From the NCBI RefSeq assembly GCF_018977255.1, contig NW_024704749.1:7998001-8062000 (forward strand): 64,000 nucleotides of DNA, read 5' to 3'. Below are positions 35,408 through 47,355 of this stretch, piece by piece. The stretch is from Callorhinchus milii (taxonomy: Eukaryota). Below the pieces are notes generated by a model. It saw nothing but the letters and a program-made list of their open reading frames with translations, was not told where the DNA came from and did not search any database. Position 1 is the first letter of the stretch; the number at the start of each line of letters is the position of its first letter. The translations under genes and the position numbers were made by a program.

Positions 35408-36418
35408 ATGACCAAAAAGCAAGTTGCAGCTGCAGTAGCCCTGTTGGTGGTCGTGCAAATCGTATTGACGATATACAATCACCTGCTTATAAACTGGTCC
35501 ACCAGCACGCTGAAGATAACTGGGGAGAGTGGCACAATAATGCTGATCACTAGACATATCTCGCATCCTCACAAGGGTGGTAAATGTTTCATACTGGAAA
35601 GAAGAAAATTCCTTGATGAGCTTCCATACCTGCAGAACTACAAATGTCAGATTTTGTTAGTGCCTTACGACCTGTGTCACGTATCCAATGGACAACGGCT
35701 AATATTGTTGGCTCTCAAATCTCATTCTTCAGGGTTTGACAGGCGCCGCTTACTGCGGGATACTTGGGTGAACGATTTAACCAAACCTGACGTGGTGGTA
35801 CGTCACGTATTCCTCTTGGCTCATGTGGAAGAAAAAGGCATCATGGATCTCGTGAAGTTGGAGTCCAACTCTTTCCGAGATCTAATTGTGTGGAACTTTA
35901 CCGAGAATCAACACCACTTGCCACTGAAGGAGCGTTGCTTTCTGGAGTACCTTTCACACAGCTGCTCAGCTGCCTCAATGGTCTTCAAAGGGGATGATGA
36001 TATTTTTGTAAACCTACCAAACCTTTTCACGTACCTGGAGCAGAACCGAGATGAGTCCAAGCCAATGATGTATGGATATATTCACTGGAACGATCCTGTC
36101 CTCAGGTTTGGTAAATATAGTGTGAATAGAACTTTGTATTTGGGTAACCATTACCCACCGTTTGCGGCTGGGGGTGCCTTCATCATGACAAGTAGTTCCG
36201 TGAAGAGATTGTACGAAGCGTCCCTTATAGTCCCAGTCTTCCCACTAGATGACGTCTACCTGGGGTTCCTCGCCTTTGCTGGAGGCGTGGAGATGAAGCA
36301 CGACGATCGCTTTGACGTGTTTGGATATTTGAAGAAGGATGTGCTCACCGTTAAGAAACTATTGGCAAAACATGGATTAAAAGAAGAAGAAATTGCAAAT
36401 TTGTGGTCATTGATTTGA
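35408..36418 (+). CDS. GT31 beta-1,3-N-acetylglucosaminyltransferase-like (B3GNT-like), copy 1, 336 aa
   Basis: Type II membrane anchor; motifs RRRLLRDTW, FKGDDDIFVN (DxD), YPPFAAGG, FPLDDVYLG; single coding exon. Confidence 0.92.
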   Translation: MTKKQVAAAVALLVVVQIVLTIYNHLLINWSTSTLKITGESGTIMLITRHISHPHKGGKCFILERRKFLDELPYLQNYKCQILLVPYDLCHVSNGQRLILLALKSHSSGFDRRRLLRDTWVNDLTKPDVVVRHVFLLAHVEEKGIMDLVKLESNSFRDLIVWNFTENQHHLPLKERCFLEYLSHSCSAASMVFKGDDDIFVNLPNLFTYLEQNRDESKPMMYGYIHWNDPVLRFGKYSVNRTLYLGNHYPPFAAGGAFIMTSSSVKRLYEASLIVPVFPLDDVYLGFLAFAGGVEMKHDDRFDVFGYLKKDVLTVKKLLAKHGLKEEEIANLWSLI

Positions 36419-39343
36419 TTTGAATTGTTTTGCGTACCAACGTTTTGGAGATAATGTTCACTTGTTGAAAATCTAAACCGCACTTGGTGATGAGGCTCTA
36501 TTGACCTCAACATTTTGAACAAGGTAAAAAAGTTGTTGCTAGGTTTATATGTGATAGTTTTTGTGAATCGTTGTGTTAGGTTCCTGGATCGTACATCATT
36601 CTTAGGCCAATAAGATGGACAAGCAATGTGTTCCCATGGCTCTTCCAATTCTTCTCTGGAATGGGAGCTAGTAGTCGTATGATAATGTCAGGAGTTAACT
36701 TGCTCTCTGATTTCACAGCCTAAAATAAGAATTACGTGAAGATATCTGACACAAATAATACTTTAAATCTTTTTTAAAGTTGTACAGTAGAGTACATTAC
36801 AGTACTGACCATGCTATCATTATCTTGATATGATTCTTTTGACAAAGTTATACTGTTGTTGTTTTTTCAATGTGTGAATTCAAACAGGCTTCCACATCCA
36901 TTCAATAACAGATAAACTTTAGCAATATTGTTCCATTGTTTCTTTATAATTGAATGAAGGTAGACATTATTCTGCAGTCCCCAAATTGAATATTGTCATC
37001 CTGTTCATTAATTCTTCATAGTACAGGATATCAAATACAAGAGAATCCCGTTATTAAGTACCTTGTTGGATTTACTTATAAAACATGTCACCATTGGACA
37101 CTTCTGGTTTCTGATGCAGATCAGCTGGCTTCCTGCATGTGCATACAGTGTGCTGGAAGTCATAAAGACAGCTGAGTGAACGTTTCTAACTTTAGAAACA
37201 CTGGTGAGAGCAGTCACAGCTGACCAAACCCTTTCTCGTGCGCGGATGCATGTACAGGAAGCCACCAGTGATAACGAGAGTTGACCTGGAAGCGGGACTG
37301 GTGGCCATGTTTATTTCACAGACCTGTTGTAACACAGCATCTAATGTTTGGGACCCCAAACAGCCCGTTGTAATGGCATAGTCCTGTACCTTCCTGACAA
37401 TTGCTCACATTAAAATTTGGAGAGACCATTTTTTTGCCAATTTAGAAACATCTTCACTGACCCGAGCCCAGCTCACAACGTTTATCTAACAAATTATGGC
37501 CTCACGATTGGACTTCACCATGGATCACCAAACCTAGTGAAAGTCCAGCATAAAGGATGTATTTTCCATTTGAAAATGTTGAAAACTGTTTTTGTTGATG
37601 TTATCAGTGACAAAGCAATGAGAATGTACTGTCAGTTTCGCGACTGGTTCGATTTACGGACAGTTGTTAAGTTTCTTCATGAAGTTTGGCTTGAAAGTTG
37701 TTTCCCTGGTTAAGAGATAAAAAATACCGATCGTTCATTTCTTATAGCTTCCTGATTTGAAATGTTAGAACATCAAAATAAAACTGTTGGCTATTAAGGT
37801 GCTATTATGAATGTGTGGATTGCTTTGCATTGCAGGTCCTGCCTTATGCTCCTCCCAATTATATTTGTGGACCGCATGTAAATAGAGTTACATAAATAGA
37901 CGCGGGTAGAAGTCCTGACCAACTGTCTTCACATAAAGTTTACTGCTTTATATAAAAAAAAGGCAACATGAATCAACATCATACGTAATTTACGTAATTT
38001 GGACAAAACAATCCGGATTTTTGTTCTCACAAAAAAAAAACTTGCTCCACCTTTTGTGGGGCAAAGCGCTTTGCTTCCAGTCGTATAAACGCAGCACCAA
38101 AGAATCTTAAAACGCCTGGAATGAAACAGTTTCTAATATTGTTTTGTGGGAGGACTCTCTGTGATTCATAGTGCATGACTGCCTTTCAGTGGTGTACTTG
38201 AAGACTGCAGCGCGGAACTGAGAATCCTTTGTTGAGAATGAAAACCAGCAGCTTGACGACCTCATTTTGCAGAATGTAGCAGGCCTGCTTCAAGGCCTTA
38301 TTAACTGTGCAGAGAGAAGCAATGGATTACAAAGTACAGCCTATTAAAGCTAACGTGGAAATATGCAATTGCTCGATAATCAAGTAAGATTGTTCCTCAG
38401 CTTTTTAAAAAAGATGAATACACGATTCTCAACAACAGTGTGTTGTGAGCACTTAGCAATAGAAACTATTTCTTTAGAGAAATTAACATTAAAATCCATC
38501 ATCTTTTCCAGAAACAAATAATTCACAGCTGTGTTGGTCTGGTCCTAGCTGAATTAATTGGCGAGTCACTAGGTTATCTCTCATATAAGCAGGATAATGA
38601 CTGGATGATGGGAAACGAGACTGAATCACCCTGCATCTTTCTGCTGCTGGTATCGTGGGCGGGTAAGATTATCTCCTTCCACTTACTGTAGCTACAGTTG
38701 ATGGGTTATTGTCTCATAAATTTCTGTCTAATCGGAAACAACCAACTTTCTGCCTGTGTGGTGAGTTGATCCATTTTACCGTTAATTTTGCATGAAGGAT
38801 TTGCAGTTTTGTTTCGAGGCATATTTCATTTTGACGCATTCGGAAATCCATTATTCTGATCAGCAAGGTGCTTGACACACATGGAAACCATGTGTTCAGC
38901 CGAGTGTCTGACACTCAACATACTGAAAACCAATATAGCATAAATACAGAAGTCATCGGGAACACGCAGCAGGTCAGGCTGTATCCACGGAGAGAAGGAA
39001 AATGATTTAACGTTTCAGGTCTATGACCTTTCCTCAGAACGGTATTAAAAAAATGGGATTAGAAGGCTATGAGGGTAAAGAAAGGGTGGATACTCATTTG
39101 AAGTATAAACACCAGCATCGACTAGTTGACTTGAATTGCCTGATTCCACTAAAGTAATCTTTCATGTGGAGTCCTGTAGCGTAGCGGTTATAGCATTTTG
39201 CCACAAAATATACAGTTAATTGACTTTATAGGATATTCTGTGAAGCTCTTTGAGACGTCTTAAAGACGTGATAAGATGGGACTGTTACAGATCTTATCCC
39301 ATCATCAGACAACTTATTTGTATATCGTATTGTTCTATATATT

Positions 39344-39672
39344 GTGGAGTCCTGTAGCTCAGTGATTAGAGCACTCGCTTTGCAAGCGAGGCACCTGAGT
39401 TCAATTCCCGGCAGGTCAGGGCGAAACCTTGGGCAAGTTTCCTTACTCCACAGCCCTAATAATAATCCCTCCAAAAAACAAAACAATAATAAAATTGGTC
39501 ATTTTCAATCTACGACTGTTTGTGGGACATTGCTATGCGCAATTGGCTGCCGCGTTCGCCCACAAATATACAGTCAATTCACTTTACAGTATATTCTGTG
39601 AGGCTCTTTGGGACATCTGGAAGAAGTGAAGAGCGCTATATCAAATGCAAGGATTATTATTATTATTATTAT
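39344..39672 (+). mobile_element. Full-length SINE, same family
   Basis: Same head, core and tail as 9596-9920. Confidence 0.85.
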
Positions 39673-39968
39673 TAATTATTTACCTTGATTGAAAGAATGG
39701 CTACATTGTGTATAGAGAGCCATTTTATGTTTTCCTATTTTTAAATGCTAACAGAGCATGTTCAGAACTAATGTTTGGTCATTTTAAAAAGAAATTGACC
39801 TGTGCAATGCCTTCAAGTAGAACTAGATAAACAGCAGCATTGACCCACACACAGGTAGACGGACAATGCAATAACACCTTTCAAGGTCAGTGACGCTTTG
39901 ATATTTCTACCCACCCCTGTTTCCCAGCAACAGTCTGAAGAACCACAAGAGAGGAACAACTGGAATGC

Positions 39969-40857
39969 TCTCAAGATGATGCAAAAAGATTGCAACAAGA
40001 TATAGATAGGCTAGGGGAGTGGGCAAGTAGGTGGCAGATGGAATTCAATGTTAGCAAGTGTGAAATTATTCACCTCGGTAGCAAGAATAAAAGAACAGAT
40101 TATTTTCTGAAAGGGGAGAAGTTAGATAGTGTTAGTATTCAAAGGGATTTGGGTGTCCTTGTACACCAGTCCCAAAAAGTTAGTTTGCAGGTGCAGCAGC
40201 AACTAAGAAGGCGAACGGCATGTCAGCGATCATTTCAAAAGGTTTAGAATATAAGAGTAGGGAAATCTTGCTGCAACTTGCTGCTTTGGTGAGACCGCAC
40301 CTAGAATATTGTGTGCAGTTTTGGTCTCCTTATTTAAAAAAGGACATACTTGCCCTAGAGGGGGTGCAGCGTAGATTCACTCGGTTAGTTCCTGGGATGA
40401 GGGGACTGACCTATGAGGATAGGCTGCATAAACTAGGACTATATTCTCTAGAGTACAGAAGAATTAGGGTGGATCTTATTGAAACTTGTAAGATTCTTAA
40501 AGGGCTGATAAAGTAGACACTAAGGGACTGTTTCCCCTGGTGGGAGAATCTATAACCAGGGGTCACAGTCTTAAAATTAAGGGTCCGCCTCTTAGAACAG
40601 AGTTGAGGAAACATTTCTTCACTCAGAGGGTAGTGAACTTATGGAATTCACTACCCCAGAAAGCTGTAGATGCTCAGTCCTTGAACATTTTCAAGGCTGA
40701 GACTGATAGATTCTTGAAAAATAGATGGATTAGGGGATATGGGGATAGGGCAGGTAATCAGAGGTCGGTCAGAAGATCAGCCATGATCTTATTGAATGGC
40801 GGAGCAGGCACGAAGGCCGAATGGCCTACTCCTGCTCCTAATTCTTATGTTCTTATG
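39969..40857 (+). mobile_element. CR1 LINE 3' fragment (degenerate RT C-terminus and 3' UTR)
   Basis: WQMEFNVSKC, RDLGVLV, LVRPHLEYCVQFWSP, FFTQRVVNLWNSLP; tail ttcttatgttcttatg; frameshifted. Confidence 0.9.
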
Positions 40858-40909
40858 TAAGAGTATTGTACATTACAGGTACTGCACAGTATAGCACAGG
40901 ACAGCCTGT

Positions 40910-43900
40910 ACGAGTGTCCCTCTCCCTCCCTCCCTCCCTGTCTGTCTGTTTTCCCTATCTTTCCCCTGCAGGCTGCTCGTTGCTTTCCACAATGAGCGCC
41001 CTTGCCCCTCTGCGCCAACTCTATCCCTCTCAGCCTCCTGCAGGCTGATAATGTCCTACTAAACCCGCCGCCTCTTGTCCCAGCGTGCGCTTCTTGGCTG
41101 CTGCCCCCGACCCGAGCTGGCCCTCCCTCAAAATGACCCCCTCCCTGCAGCTCTCCCACTCTGTCCTGCTCTCTCTCCGCTCTCCCCGCCTCTTATCGCT
41201 GCCTGACCCCCCTCACTGCCTCCCTCTGCTCCAGCCTGGGAATCCTCCGCTGGGCTCATCATGGCAGTCGGCGCTGGCTAACCAGCAGCAGCCACACCGA
41301 CTGCCCCATTCCCCACTACCACCACAAACCACCCCGGACCCTGACTCCGGGGGCTAACTTCTCCCTCATCTGCATCCCCACCCACCCTCCCAACCATTCT
41401 ACTACCCCCTCCCATCCCACACATCCCCCTGCCAACTGTCCACTCCGCATTGGACTTCAAAATGTCCGCTCCATCTCCAACAAGACCCTGGCCATCAATT
41501 AACTCATCCTCCATAAGAACATTGACTTCATGGCACTAACAGAAACCTGGATCACCCCAGGTGACATCTTCCCCCTCACTGAGGCCACACCACCCGGCTA
41601 CACTTACCACCATACCCCATGCCCTAACCGTCGTGGCGATGGTGTGGCCCTCATATCCAGGGCATCAATTGCCCTATCCCCCTACTCCACACCTTACCGT
41701 CTGCTATCCCTCCCACTGCTCTCTGAAAATTCTTTTACTCTACCGCCCCCCAAAATCCTCTCCCACCTTCATCTCTGACATCTCCACTCTCTTTGCCTCT
41801 CTCTGCCTCTTCCAACCGTCTCATCATTCTAGGTGACTTCATCCTCCACTTCACTCCCTCCTGCTCCATCTCCTCAGACTTCTCTCTCCTCTCCTCTCTC
41901 AACCTCTCCCTCCACATCCACTCTGCTACCCACACCCACGGTCACCCGCTCGACCTGGTGATCACCCGGGGCCTCAGGGTCTCGGATATCACCATCACTG
42001 ACAAGTCCATCTCTGACTACCATTTCATCTCCCTCAACTACCATATCCCTCTCCCCGCTGCCTCCAAACCTACTACCATCTTCTACCACCCGTGGAAGAA
42101 GATCTCCCCGCAATCCCTTTCTGCTGCCCTGGAGTCCTCTGATCTCCTCACCCTCTGGCCCACCTCTCGCAACAATCCACTCACTGCACTCACTCTTCTC
42201 CACAGCACCCTCTCCGCCACACTCAACGTCCTTGCCCCCCTCACCTCCCGAACTGCTTCCTATTCCTGATCCTCACCCTGGTTCACCAGCCACCTCCGCT
42301 TGCTTAAGGACCAGGTGCGGTCTGCCGAAAGCACTTGGCTCAAATCCGGCCTAATAGTCCACCGCCATATCTGGCTGGACCTCATCAAGAACTACCGCTC
42401 TGCTCTCGCCTCAGCCAAATCATCCTTCTATTCCAGGTTAATCCTGGAGGCAAAAGGCAATCCCAGGCTCCTGTTCTCCACCACTAACCGGCTCCTCTTC
42501 CCTCCCCGACACACCTCGCAGATACTTTCCTCCAACTCTCACTGCAAGAAAATGCTGTACTTCCTCGAGTCTAAAATTGAGGGAATCTGCACAGCTGCCA
42601 CTGCCCTCCCAACTTCCAACCCCTCCCAACCCTCGACCCACACAATTACCCATCCGTCCACACCTTTGAACTTGTCACCCCTCTCCTCTGTCTTCAACAC
42701 GGTAACCTCCATGAAGTCCACCACCTGCTCCCTCGACCCCATCCCCACCCCTCTCCTTAAATCCCAGCTCCACCTCCTTGCCCCACTGTTGCTGACATCA
42801 TTAACCTCTCCATGTCATCTGGCACTGTTCCTTCCGCCCTCAAAACAGCCACTATCAAGCCCACCTTGAAAAAACCTTCCCTCGACCCATCACAGCTCTC
42901 TAGCTACCAGCCCATCTCAAATCTCCCTTTCCTATCCAAGGTCCTTGAGAGTTGCCTCCCAGCTTCGCTCTTTCTTCTCCTCTCACTCCCTCCATGAACC
43001 CCTCCACTCGGGTTTCCGTGCTGCCCACAGCACTGAAACTGCTCTGGTCAAGGTCGCAAACGACATCCTGACCATGTGTGACCAGGACTCCCTCTGCCTC
43101 CTCGTCCTCCTCGACCTCTCCACCGCCTTTGACACCGTGGACCACTCAATCCTCCACCGCCTCTCCTCCCACCTCAACCTTCAAGGTTCTGTCCTTGACT
43201 GGTTCAGGTTCTACCTTTCACAACGCCTCCACTTTGTCGCAGCAAACAGTTTCTCCTCCAGCCCCCGCACTGTCTCGGGCGCTGTTGCTCAGGGCTCTGT
43301 CCTCGGTCCCCTCCTCTTCACCCTCTACATGCTCCCCCTTGGTGACGTCATCCGCACAAATGGGGTAAATATCCACATGTATGCGGATGACAGAGAGGTA
43401 CCCAACTCTACCTCTCTGCCTCCACCCTGAACTCCAGAACTACTGAGGTCCTGACCGACTGCCTGTCCGACATCAAGTCTTGGATGAGGGCGAACTTTCT
43501 CCAACTCAACGTCAGCAAGACCAAGACCCTCTTGATCTCAGGCGCTGGCAGCATCAGCCTCCATGGCTGCACACTCAACCTCATTAAGCCAGTCAGGAAC
43601 CTGGGTGGAAAATTACAAAGTGCAGCTAGGTTATGCTGGAAACAGATGTAACCATTAACTCCCTGTTTACAAGAGTACATGAACGGCCACAGATGTTACG
43701 GCAGACAATGGCTGGATGTGATATGACTGACTGAAAACCGGACTGAGCCGCTTTTCAGGGCCAAACCAAGACCACCTGATCCGGATAAGAGATTAGCTAC
43801 GTGACTAGGATCACGCTATGTGAGCAGCCAAATGTATAAAGTTATGATTGGATAATAAATTGTTGGTCAGCTAAATATGTTAATATGCGGTAGAAAAGCT

Positions 43901-44738
43901 CTTGTAAAGTACTGCAGGGCAGAGTGTGCAGCCCGGGGTCTCTGATGCCGGACTGGCGCTTCTCCTTGCATGCGAGTAATAAAAGAGCTCATTGGTGTGA
44001 CCGAATCCTCTGTGACTGTTAATTCCACAACACCTGGGTGTCTTTTTTCGACCCTGAACTGTCCTTTCTTCCCCACATCCGCGCCATGACCGGCACTGCC
44101 TACCACCACCTCCGCAACATTGCCAGGACTCCGCCACTGCCTGAAACCCTCACCCACGCATTCGTCACCTCAAGACTTGATTACGGGAACTCCCTCCTCA
44201 TCGGCCTTCCGAATGCTTCCCTTCACAAGCTGCAAATCATCCAAAACTCTGCAGCTCATGTACTCTCACGCACCAGGCTCCGTGACCCCATCGCTCCACT
44301 CGCACCCTCGCCTGACTCCACGGTTCAAGAACCTCATCCTCAGCTTTAAGGTCGGCCATCCATAGCCTTGCCCCCTCCTACCTCTCTGACATGCTGACTC
44401 CCTACCAACCTGCTTGCTTCCTCCGTTCATCGGCTCCGGCCTACTCCATGTCTCCCGCCCGACCTGCCCTACCATCGGTGGCCGGGCTTTCAGCCTCTCT
44501 GCCCACACACTCTGGAACTCCATCCCACGGTCCCTTTGCCTCGCTTCCTCCCTCGCATCCTTCAAGGCCGGTCTCAAGACCCTTCTCTTTCACCGTGCCT
44601 TTGGTCTCCCTCCCACCTCTCTGCCTTCCCTCACCCCTACACCAACCCTCTACCATGCTCGGGCCCTGACAGCTGACTGTTCAGCGCTTTGGGACGTCTT
44701 CCCGACGTGAAAGGTGCTTTATAAATGTAATTTTGTTG
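40910..44738 (+). mobile_element. L2-clade LINE, long but degenerate (APE + RT), interrupted by a solo LTR
   Basis: APE motifs MALTETW, IILGDF, GHPLDLV, SDYH; RT motifs QGSVLGPLLF, YADD, SRLDYGN; L2 3' tail; several stops and frameshifts. Confidence 0.88.
43606..44032 (+). mobile_element. Solo LTR (427 bp) inserted in the L2 element
   Basis: TG...CA ends; CCTGGG duplicated at 43600-43605 and 44033-44038; internal TATAAA near 43835 and AATAAA near 43978; removing it restores continuous L2 sequence. Confidence 0.8.
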
Positions 44739-44744
44739 TTGTTG

Positions 44745-45049
44745 TTAGAGCACTCGCCTTGCAAGCGAGACACCTGGGTTCAACTCCAGGCAGGTCAGGG
44801 CGAAACCTTGGGCAAGTTTCCTTACTCCACACGCCTAATAATAATCCCTCAAAAACAAAACAGTAATAAATTGGTCATTTTCAATCCACGACTGTTTGTG
44901 GGACATTACTGTGCGCAATTGACTGCCGCGTTTCGCTCACAAAAATACTGTCAATTCACTTTACAGTCTATTCTGTGAAGCGCTTTGAGACGACGAGAAG
45001 ACGTGAAAAGCGCTATATCAAATGCAAGGATTATTATTATTATTATTAC
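44745..45049 (+). mobile_element. SINE, same family, slightly 5' truncated
   Basis: Same core and (TTA)n tail; abuts the L2 3' end. Confidence 0.85.
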
Positions 45050-45419
45050 TTGCTTCCAGTAGTTTGGCGCTGCAGTTTGTACACACCTAACTGTTTGTTG
45101 ACAGTGCAGAAATGCCAAGTTTAACCTTAAAGGGTTTTGAACATTTAAATATAATTTTTTGAAAGGGTTTTAATAGAAAAGTGATCTGCCAATTCTCTAA
45201 CAACTGGGTTCCTACTTACTGTTAGGTAAACAGAAGCTTGTGGAGTAAGAAAACTTGCCGAAAGTTTCATCCTCCCGGAATCGAACCCAGGATTACTTGT
45301 GATCATTTCTTGAGTTACAGGGAAGCATGCATTTGATGAGCACGCACAGTCAACATCAAACAAAGCCTCCCCATTCCTTGTTGTTTTCAGTTACGATTTG
45401 CAGTATAAGTTGGGCTATT

Positions 45420-45712
45420 TAGACTTTGAGAGCACAGCAACCGAGCACGGTTGAAGAAGAGAGTCTTGAGATGCGTCTTGAAGGAGGCAAGGGAGAGGGC
45501 GAGGCAGTGAGACTGCGGAATGGAATTCCAGAGGGTGGGGGCAGAGTGGCTGAAGGTCCGCCTGCCAATGGTGGGATGGGCAAGGCAGGGGACGTGAAGC
45601 ATGTCGGAGCCTGCTGAGTGGGGGGAGAGAGCAGGTTGGTAGGAGGTCGCAGAGGTAAGGCGGAGCGAGGCCTTGGAGGGCTTTGAAGGTGAAGACTAGG
45701 ATCTTGCAGTTT
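45420..45712 (-). mobile_element. L2 3'-end fragment
   Basis: GRRTFSHSAPTLWNSIP...FKTHLKTLFF on the minus strand. Confidence 0.75.
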
Positions 45713-46554
45713 CCTTATGTGAGAAAAGTGATGTGGTGAGTTATTAAAGGAAGTGCGGCACAAAGAGAGAGGGAGAACTGGATAAAAGTCTAAAATTATT
45801 CAGATTTTAGAAAATTTTGATACAGATACCATTTTTCTGCCACAAAAAAGGGCTCTAAGATGCCTTCCGGCATGAGGGGTGCTACATAAATACAAGTTGT
45901 TGTATGTTCAGTTTCCTGGAACAAAGCTTATCCCATAAACAAGCAACTTATTTGTATATCATAAAATATTGCACTGTTAATTATTCACTTAGATTGAAAG
46001 AATGGATCCATTGCATATAGAGAGCCATTTTATGTTGTTATTCCTGTTTCTAAATGCTAATGGAGCATGTTCAGAACTAATGTTTGTGTTGTTAAAACGA
46101 AATTGAATTGTAAAACTAGAAAAACTAGAAAAACAGCAGCAACTACTCCCACACAGGAGTCGGTCCAATAGTGAGTCTTCCAGAAACATGTTTCTGGTCT
46201 ACTGACATTTCTGAGCCCACAACCCCACCCCCCAAAACTGCCCTCACTACCCTGCAACCGTCTGAAGCACCACAAGAAGAAAAGGTCTGATATGAAACCT
46301 GTTTTGGGTTAAACTTTTCTCAACTGGTGAGAGGAACAATTGGAATGTAGCAGTAAGTTCCACATTACAGTACTGTACTTGCTTCCAATAGTTTTGTGCT
46401 GCAGCTTGTACACACCTAACTCTGAGTTGGTCGACATTGAAGAAATGCCAAGTTTAACCTTAAAGGGTTTTAAACATTTAGTGCATTATACCTCCCAATG
46501 GCCCCGAGTCCAGTAATCTTCAGATCGTGCATTAGTCTCTTCTTTTGTTCAAGA

Positions 46555-46950
46555 TTTAATAATAATAATCCTTACATTTGATATAGCGCGTTATCACGTT
46601 TTTGAGACGTCTCGAAGCGCTTCACAGGATACACTGTAAAGTGGGTTGACTATATTTTGTGGGCGAAAGCAGAAGCCAATTGCGCACAGCAGTTTCCCAC
46701 AAACAGTTGTGGATTGAGTGATCAACTTGTTTTTTTTTTGAAAGGATTGTTACCCCTGGAAAAGCGATCTGCCAATCGACTAACCTCCTGGTTCCTACTG
46801 ACTGCTCGGTAAACAGAGGTGTGTGGAGTGAGGAAACTTGCCTAAAGTTTCATCCTCCTGGGAATCAAACCAGGATCACTCGTGATAATTTTTTGATCAC
46901 AAGTTTCATGGAACTGTGCACTTGCTGAGTGTGATCAACTAACATCAAAC
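46555..46950 (-). mobile_element. Older SINE in the tandem unit (also at about 53085-53450 and 59612-59990)
   Basis: Reverse-complement tail, core and degenerate head. Confidence 0.7.
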
Positions 46951-47355
46951 AAAGCCTCTCCATTCTTTGTTCAAAGTTCCTTGTTTTTGATTATGATTCC
47001 TTTCACATCAGGAGTTTCCTCCTGACTTGAAAGGCGCTCTATAAATGTAGTTTTATTGTTGTTGTTGTTGGGCCTTCTGTCTCTCTGTCCCTACTTTGTG
47101 GAGCTCTATCCCGCAGTCCCTCTGTCTTGTGCCCTCCTTTACCTCCTTCAAGACCCGTCTCAAGACCCTCCCCTTCGACTGTGCCTTCGGGCACCCACCT
47201 TCCCCCCCCAGCCCCGACCACCCAACTCGGGTATGAAACACTGATTGTCTGACGCCTTGGGACATTCTCCCAACCTGAAATGTAGTTTTGTTGTTGTTGT
47301 TGTTTGTTGGTTGTTTACTGATGCACAAAATGATCTGTTTAACAGGTTGGTAAGA

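Noticed and set aside
36990-38900. Possible DNA-transposon remnant
   Set aside because: No terminal repeats or recognisable transposase motif found by eye.
47245-47355. N-terminal extensions of the B3GNT ORFs in the ORF track (418/396 aa)
   Set aside because: They start at non-ATG codons upstream of a splice acceptor; the ATG of MARKQL matches the copy 1 start.
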